Shown here in pieces: positions 56,081 through 64,000 of a DNA stretch of 64,000 nucleotides. Below the pieces are notes generated by a model. It had not been told where the DNA came from. It saw nothing but the letters and a program-made list of their open reading frames with translations, and did not search any database. This DNA is from Octopus vulgaris (lineage: Eukaryota), in the NCBI GenBank assembly GCA_951406725.2, contig OX597821.1, forward strand, positions 11,036,001-11,100,000. Direction: 5' to 3'. The position numbers and the translations under genes were made by a program. Numbering within the stretch: position 1 is the first letter of the stretch; the number at the start of each line of letters is the position of its first letter.

Positions 56081-56621
56081 ATATATCGGAATATATATAT
56101 GCCAGTTTAGCCAATATATACACACGCACTATATATTTGGTGTTATTTTGCTTCAGTGATATATATTTTTTACATTAATCTTAATCTTATTTCGGCCAAA
56201 GTTCTTTCGTATACTCCTGTGACCGCATATGGTCCTTTGTTTATCTTCTACTTACTTGTGTCTCTCCTTACTACCGTACATTTTGTATATATATGTACAT
56301 ATATGCTTATATATGTGCGTATATATATATGTATATATATATACATGTATATATATGTACATGTTATATACATTCTTGTACATTTGTATTTTGTTTTTGT
56401 TGTTGTTATATATATACATGTATATATATGTACATATATTATTATCATATATATATACATGTATGTATATATAACATGTATACTATGTACATAATAATAA
56501 TAAATATATATCGAGAATATATAACACAAATATATAGTGCGTGTGTTTTTATTGGCTAAATGGCAATATACCATTGAAATATAACAATATCTGTTTACGA
56601 CTATATAAAAATATATATTTA

Positions 56622-56685
<64 letters not shown>

Positions 56686-56719
56686 ATATATATACATGTA
56701 TATATATGTACATATATGT

Positions 56720-56753
<34 letters not shown>

Positions 56754-56774
56754 ATATATATACATGTATATATA

Positions 56775-56902
<128 letters not shown>

Positions 56903-57989
56903 TGTATGTATGTATGTATGTATGTATATAGAGAGGGATTATACATATAGATTATATACAGTAGCAGAAAGATAGAAAGATTGCCCTCCGGGCAGTTTTC
57001 TGCTAGCCGCTTGCTAATATATTTACATTTGATTCCCAGTTGTAATAATTTTTGTATTTTACGTCTATTTATTTTTTTGTATAATAGTTCTTACCTGCTA
57101 AGTAAATATTTATATAAATCCCTCCCAAACGGCATAGATTATGATTATGGAGTAATTTGGGAAGATTTTTTTTTTACTAGGATTTCCCCTATTTTTTTAA
57201 ACCACAGCCTTCGAAATGATGTAATAGGTGGCAGGAGGCATCTTTGTATGAATAACATTTTGAAACTTGTTTTTACGCCTCCCTCCGCTATCGTCGTACT
57301 CCGGACCTATTTCGGCTTCAAAACAATGGGAAAAGCATTTACGATAAAAAAAAAAAATGTTAGTATTTTCAGAGGGAAAAGTGAATGATCTAAGGACGAT
57401 TTGGCTGCTGATTCTAGCATATCCAAAGACAACCCTCCTCGTTTCTTTATCACTCACACATGTATTGATGTTTCTCAATATATTTCTCCATAAATACATT
57501 CATATGTTATAAAAAAGAAAATTTGGGAAACGAATTTTCTGCAACCCCACTCCATCCCCCGATTGTTTCGATTTAGAAATTAAAATATTAGAGAACCTGA
57601 GAAGGTCATCAGTCGGAATTTATCCACAGTGATTTAAAAATAGTTACGTAAACGATAATTCATTTTAATAGCATAATTTTCTGTTAGAAAACATTTTTTT
57701 CCTACATATACACACGGCTTCGCTTCGTTGAGGCAGGGTAAAAATTTAGATCACAATTTATTTTCAGTGCTATTTCCAACGTTTTAAAATACAAAGTCTG
57801 TAGCAGCCGTGGCTGTGAACATAGGTGCAGGCGTGGCAGTATGGTAAGAAACTTACTTCACATTCGCATGGTTCTGGGTTCATTTCCCCAGCATAACACT
57901 GTGAGCAAATGTCTCTACTATAGCCTCAGGCCGACCACAGCCTTGTGAGTGGGCATGGTAGAAAGAAACAGAAAAAAAGCAGTCATAAC

Positions 57990-58046
<57 letters not shown>

Positions 58047-58128
58047 GGTCCCGGGTTGAATCGGGGTTAACCACAGTAAATAAGGTACTCAATACATAGC
58101 AGAGTAATTTAATTTATTTTATAGAAGG

Positions 58129-58179
58129 AGCTTCTACAGGACTAGAACTGTTTCATTCAAATGAAATCTTCAGGAAGCT
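58129..58179 (-). ncRNA. type I hammerhead ribozyme motif (left arm)
   Basis: AGCTTC-CTGAAGA-[t ttca tt tgaa t]-GAAA-CAG-ttctagtc-CTG-T-A-GAAGCT: 6-bp stem I, short stem II, 4-bp stem III, GUA cleavage triplet. Confidence 0.7.
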
Positions 58180-58381
58180 TGCTGTCAAAATCAGTTTTGG
58201 CATTTATACATTTAGGCAGATTTAATGGGGTGGTGGTGGGGGACTTTTTGGGTAAGCAGGGCACAAACTATCTTTCTTAGGGGAGTGGTCAAAAGAATCA
58301 GTGATAAAGTAGATAAATGAATAAATAGAATAATAGAATAGAGTTTCAGGTAAATAAGAAGACTATCGCTTATATATATAC

Positions 58382-58426
<45 letters not shown>

Positions 58427-59571
58427 CACATACTCATACATACACACAAACATATATACATACACACACATAATATATATACAAATACACATACACATAC
58501 ATGCCAACATGCAAGCACACGCACACATATATCTACACATATATATATATAAAAATATACACACACATACACACACACACATATATATATACATATCTGC
58601 ACATGTATACATGCACATATATACAGACACATTTCCTCCCTTATTTTATTTTTATTTTTATTTTATTTTGACCTCTTCAGAGTCATAAAGGTTGTGATAT
58701 ATGACCTGCCTACCCGCCGACACATGTTTAGTGGGGCTGGAGTAGACACCTCCCCAAGGTGCCAGCAGGCCTAAAGGAAATCCATTAACCGCCCCTCTCC
58801 CTTCCTTTCTATCACTTTTCCTACGGATACAAACGCAAACACGCACACACACACACACTCACACGCACACTCATACACATACACTAACACACATGTTCTC
58901 TCGCTCATTTCCTTCTCATCCACTCATATTTAATGTATGTATCTCTCTCTACACAAGCACATATATATATATACATATATATATACATATATATATACAT
59001 ATATATATACATATATATATGTGCTTGTGTAGAGAGAGATACATACATAAGTATGAGTGGATGAGAAGGAAATGAGCGAGAGAAACCATGTGTGTTATGT
59101 ATGTGTGTATGTGTGTGTGTGTGTGTGTGTGCGTGTTTGCGTTTGTATCCGTAGGAAAAGTGATAGAAAGGAAGGGAGAGGGGCGGTTAATGGATTTCCT
59201 TTAGGCCTGCTGGCACTTGTGGAGGGGTCTACTCCAGCGCCACTAAACGTGTGTCGGCAGGTAGGCAGGTCATATATCACACCCTTTATGACTCTGAAGA
59301 GGTCAAAATAAAAATTAAAATAAAAATGAAATAAGGGAGGAAATGTGTGTGTATATATGTGCATGTATACATGTGCAGATATATATATATATATGTGTGT
59401 GTGCATGGGTGTGTATATATTTATATATATATATGTGTAGATATATGTGTGCGTGAGCTTGCATGTTGGCATGTATGTGTATGTGTATTTGTATATATAT
59501 GTATGTGTGTGTATGTGTATATGTGTGTGTGTGTGTATGTATGAGTATGTGTATATGTATATATATATGTG

Positions 59572-59612
<41 letters not shown>

Positions 59613-59831
59613 TCGTGTATATATGTATATATATATATATATAAACGATAGTCTTCTTAATTACCTAAAACTCTATTCTATTATTCTATTTATTCATTTA
59701 TCTACTTTATCACTGATTCTTTTGACCACTCCCCTAAGAAAGATAGTTTGTGCCCTGCTTAAAAAAGTCCCCCACCACCACCCCATTAAATCTGCCTAAA
59801 TGTATAAATGCCAAAACTGATTTTGACAGCA

Positions 59832-59882
59832 AGCTTCCTGAAGATTTCATTTGAATGAAACAGTTCTAGTCCTGTAGAAGCT
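59832..59882 (+). ncRNA. type I hammerhead ribozyme motif (right arm)
   Basis: Identical sequence to the 58129-58179 motif, on the opposite strand. Confidence 0.7.
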
Positions 59883-59899
59883 CCTTCTATAAAATAATT

Positions 59900-59976
59900 C
59901 CTCGACTAATGTCGGTGCCCCAGCATGGCCACAGCTCATTAGCTGAAACTGGAAAAATCAAAATCAAAAAATCAAA
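59900..59976 (+). mobile_element. very short 3' tail of a CR1-group LINE (or partner SINE)
   Basis: ggtgccccagcatggccacagctcattagctgaaactggaaaaatcaaaatc matches the 3' end of the 51828-53340 element. Confidence 0.8.
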
Positions 59977-59977
59977 T

Positions 59978-60345
59978 ACTCTTTACTCTTTTACTCTTTT
60001 ACTTATTTCAGTCATTTGACTGCGGCCATGCACCGCCTTTAGTCGAGGAAATCGTCCCCTGGACTTATTCTTTGTAAGCCCAGTACTTATTCTATAGGTC
60101 TCTTTTGCCGAACCGCTAAGTGACGGGGACGTGTGTAAACACACCAGCATCGGTTATCAAGCAATGCTAGGGGGACAAACACAGACACACAAACACGCAC
60201 AAACACACACATATATATATATATGTATATATATACACATATACGACAGGCTTCTTTCAGTTTCCGTCTACCAAATCTACTCACAAGGCATTGGTCGGCC
60301 CGGGGCTATAGCAAGAAGACACTTGCCCAAGATGCCACGCCGTGG
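59978..60345 (-). mobile_element. SINE family A, head truncated by (TA)n
   Basis: Tail and body match the reverse complement of the 7349 copy. Confidence 0.88.
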
Positions 60346-60346
60346 A

Positions 60347-60455
<109 letters not shown>

Positions 60456-60468
60456 GTGTATATATATA

Positions 60469-60526
<58 letters not shown>

Positions 60527-60574
60527 GGAAAATATTTGAGATTCAGATGATTTAGGTACATAAGTTACGTGTAA

Positions 60575-60760
60575 GGAAAGATACGGCCTCTTCAAATCCT
60601 TGAGCAGAACACAGAATTCCAGTATGCATTTGCCAAGCTAGGAGATGCCGACCCAGACCTGGAAACATTCACCGTTATAGAAAACTATACCTGTCGCATT
60701 TATCGCCAAATAAGCTGTACCAGCATCAAGGAGGCTCGTTACGCAGTCTTTGAGTTCTGA
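60575..60760 (+). mobile_element. DNA-transposon protein fragment, possibly Academ-type (XPG-like domain region)
   Basis: Stop-free frame [59 protein letters not shown] resembles the 'GK.....L.....AF..LG...E.FVC..Y......N.AR...F' pattern of invertebrate transposon proteins. The superfamily call is from memory and is uncertain. Confidence 0.45.
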
Positions 60761-61791
60761 TGAGTGTGTGTGTGTGTGTCTGTGTGTGTATGTGTGTGCA
60801 TGTGTGTCTGTGTGTTTATGAACTTACTGTAAACCCTTGACTTCTTGGACCGTAGTATTGTAAACGAAATATGCAGTATGCCTCTTTACAGTTTTGAGAA
60901 CAAAGGATTCCTTCCAGAAAGAGAGACTTAAAGAGGTATTGACGGAAACAGAAAATCGATCAGAACTAGTCCTTTATCAACAGCGCAATAATGAACGAAA
61001 AACCTGTGGCTAGTGATGTTGAGTCTATGTATGAGGGTAATGTTATTACAATATTTATGTTATAAGACAAGATACGATGATTCACTTGCTAAACATTTTA
61101 TGTGTTGGGGAGGGTGCGTTTTCAGAATTTGTTTTTATTCTCTCTTCCTTCAATTCACCTCTCACCGATGAAAATTTTGACTTTGTTCTCTCAGGGTCGA
61201 TAAATGAATTATTATTCTATTGCTGATGGGGTTGTTAGAATATCGAATGAAATAAATAATGTTTACTACGGCTCTTTGCGTTCAGAGTTCGTATTCGACC
61301 TCGTAACATTGTCCTCATAGTAGTCGGATATATGCTCCTTGGCGACGTTTATGGTTTTAAAACCTCTTCGAATGTCTGACACAGCGTTGCATTGCCTTAA
61401 AAGGAGCGACTACTAGATCACATCAATAAAACAAGGCGGCTCTTTACAAAGCAGAATAAACTCTAGAGACAGGGTGAGGGAGAGAATTTATTTTATGTGA
61501 CAATGTTTAAGATGCGGAAATATATCAAACGTAATTCCGTGCAAAATAAAATTTGCCTGAGCGTCGAGATTTATTGAAACCGTTGCTTTTGGGAATTAGC
61601 TACCAGTTAAAGCAGTATATTCTATACTACGTTGTTTCCCCACATGAATAATAAAATTTTAAAAAGCCGTTGAGGAAAAGGATTTTTGAAGTAATGATAA
61701 TTGCATTGTCTATGATGATCAACACTTATCCCTCCTGCCCTGCTGTTGCGCTCAAATTTCAGCCAGTAACACTTGCACATAATTCAGATAA

Positions 61792-62178
61792 GGAGACGCA
61801 ATGGCCCAGTGGTTAGGGCAGCGGACTCGCGGTCATAGGATCGCGGTTTCGATTCCCAGACCGTGTGTTGTGAGTGTTTATTGAGCGAAAACACCTAAAG
61901 CTCCACGAGGCTCCGGCAGGGGATGGTGGTGATCCCTGCTGTACTCTTTCACCACAACTTTCTCTCAATCTTACTTCCTGTTTCTGTTGCACCTGTATTT
62001 CATAGGGCCGGCCTTGTCACTCTTTGTGTCACGCTGAATATCCCCGAGAACTACGTTAGGGGTACACGTGTCTGTGGAGTGCTCAGCCACCTACACGTTA
62101 ATTTCACGAGCAGGTTGTTCCGTTGATTCGGATCAACCGGAACCCTCGTCGTCGTAACCGACGGAGTGCTTCCATCCA
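61792..62178 (+). mobile_element. tRNA-derived SINE family C, full-length
   Basis: ggagacgcaatggcccagtggttagggcagcggactc...ggtttcgattccc head with A and B boxes. The body is shared with the 51590-51737 copy. Confidence 0.85.
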
Positions 62179-62200
62179 ATGCAGATAAATGTCTACATAC

Positions 62201-62241
62201 AATGCTGCGAGTGTGTTTCTTTTCTTCTTGCCTTTTGTCAT
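62201..62241 (-). CDS. candidate first coding exon of the M13 peptidase gene (cytoplasmic tail)
   Basis: caaatATG ACA AAA GGC AAG AAG AAA AGA AAC ACA CTC GCA GCA TT|gtatgt, giving MTKGKKKRNTLAA. Its phase-2 donor fits the phase-2 acceptor at 41265, and there is an in-frame upstream stop. It is short, so a chance match is possible. Confidence 0.4.
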
Positions 62242-63479
62242 ATTTGTTTTCCTAGTTATTGTTGGCGTCGTTGATTTTACTTTCTTACAACATTTCTTGT
62301 TTTAATTTTCAATCAACGTTAATTCATATTGACTGAGCAGGAATTCTATAATTTAATGAATAACTGAATGAGCGACCGTCTAAGGGAATGATTAAACGAA
62401 CGAACAACGAACAAATAGACAAATCGATGAATGAAAGAGTGAAAGAATTAGCGAATGAAACATTTTTACAGTGTAACAAAAGAGTTAAAGTTAGAATAAC
62501 AGAACAATTGATGCAATAGATTAGAATTCAATATATAGCATAGAACAGCAACTGTTCGAAATGACCCTGGAGGCAAAGGAATAGAAATTATAGCACGCAA
62601 TACAACACACTTCCATTATCTATTGTCATCGTCATCAGTTTATGATAATTAATTAGCCAACAGTGTTTATAGAAATTTGCTTCTAAATTTTTTTGCATAT
62701 CAATGAAGTTTAAGTAACGTTGTTGTTTTTACAAGCCAGAAAATCGAAGTTTATAAATGACTTACTTTGTTATTTGAAATCACAGCAGTTTAATACTAAT
62801 GTTTAACTCTATAAGCCCTGGAGAAAATGACATAATGACTGACCTCAGTAATAAACCGGCAAAGAAAATAGTATGCAGTTCAATTTAATAATATTAATAA
62901 TAATCGCTATGTATTTTGGGGCAGACCAATTGTAACGGTTCAAGTATTTGGGAAATACTTTACTGGCGCTTGGCTCATACTATATTTTATCGACCCTAAA
63001 ACAATGACAGGCAAAATTTACACTCGGCGGAATTTGAACTCAGAACGTAACGACAGACGAAATACCGCTAAGCATTCCGCACGAACCACATACTTAGATA
63101 GATAGATATTAATATACAATATATATAGCATAAGAGATGCACGATGAATATGCATGCAAGGCTAGATGGGGGTGGTATAAATTATTTCTAAAACGGTAAG
63201 TGTAAAAAAAAATGTTTGAAACTCAATGAGCGTTTGTAAGAATTCAATTTATCACCCCATCTCTCTCTCTTTCTCTCCATCTTTCTCTCTCAAATACCCT
63301 CTCTTTCTCTTTTTCTCTCTCTCGTTCTCTCGCTCTCCCTCTCCCACGCGGTACTGATCTCGATCTTTTGAAACACATTACAGCGTGTCCCATTTCTGCT
63401 AACTTTTGCCCTATAACACCTATTTTCTTATCTCAAATTAATGGAAACAGTCATTAACAACGGCTCACGGCAACACACA

Positions 63480-63760
63480 GAATCTATCTCTTATTTCCGT
63501 AATTACCAAAATTGTTTTCAAAAATTCAGATCTACTGGAGACTTACCATCTTGTCACCCAATTTGACTATTTCCCTACTGAAAATTATGGAAAACTATGC
63601 CTTACCCTCGATATCAGCAAATCATTTGACAGAATTATATCGCGTCACGGACGCTATTATTTTGTTCAAACTTCCTGCTTATGAACCTTTCCGTCTCTCA
63701 CTTCTTGGGTTATTAGCTTTCTGTAGATCTATTTTTTATAAACTACGCTGATGTAACCCT
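63480..63760 (+). mobile_element. CR1/Jockey-group RT fragment, highly decayed
   Basis: Frameshifted pieces FQKFRSTGDL ... LTLDISKSFDRI ... LFKLPAY. Confidence 0.6.
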
Positions 63761-64000
63761 CCCTGGTCTACTTTCAGTCAGCTCTCCTACACCTCATAGT
63801 TTGTTTTTGTCCTCCATTTTCTTCCCCCAATGCAACATCCACATCTCATCAGCTTCAGTGACAGACGCGCTCACAAAAGGACACCACTATTGAAAACCTG
63901 CTCCAAATGAAACAATTTACTCGCGTTTTCATCGAGAAATAAACAAGAAAACGCAACCACTGTATTTATAAAGCAAGCTTCATCGCACTCCATTCCCAAA

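Larger units (their letters stand above)
58114..59897. repeat. 1.78-kb imperfect palindrome centred on a TA-rich microsatellite
   Basis: Left arm 58114-~58960 is the reverse complement of right arm ~59021-59897 (for example, ORFs 58658..58858(-) and 59057..59311(+) encode near-identical text). The arms differ by scattered substitutions and microsatellite length. Confidence 0.95.

Noticed and set aside
56981-57499. ORFs 56981..57388 and 57197..57499
   Set aside because: Possibly a decayed LINE end, but there is no motif I can identify with confidence.
60828-60975. Open minus-strand frame ending in a phase-2 gtaagt donor
   Set aside because: There is no in-frame ATG or convincing acceptor after the upstream stops.
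61792-61865. tRNA gene (also 45715-45786 and 48418-48485)
   Set aside because: These tRNA-like heads continue into SINE bodies and lack a complete cloverleaf.

Overview
AT-rich, repeat-saturated eukaryotic DNA. The SINE families, microsatellite load and transposon mix suggest an octopod cephalopod (inference). The only host gene is a minus-strand neprilysin/endothelin-converting-enzyme-like (peptidase M13) type II membrane protein. I assembled four phase-compatible exons by hand: 41135-41265 (signal-anchor), 38424-38864 (Ser/Thr-rich stalk plus first Cys pair), 9746-9904 and 848-931. A candidate start-codon exon lies at 62201-62241. The catalytic HEXXH exons are not in the window and would lie beyond position 1. 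The introns contain three mariner relics, a hAT MITE with an 8-bp TSD, a Helitron, a decayed Penelope-like element, CR1-group, L1/Tx1 and R4/Dong-type LINE fragments, more than 20 SINE copies and very long (TA)n/(TAA)n/(TAG)n tracts. Most ORF-track entries are microsatellite artefacts. The most unusual structures are a 1.8-kb (TA)n-centred palindrome with a hammerhead-ribozyme motif at each outer end, further hammerhead motifs (one sense to the host pre-mRNA), a cluster of fold-back inverted repeats, and two inverted mariner copies sharing the same catalytic-site deletion.
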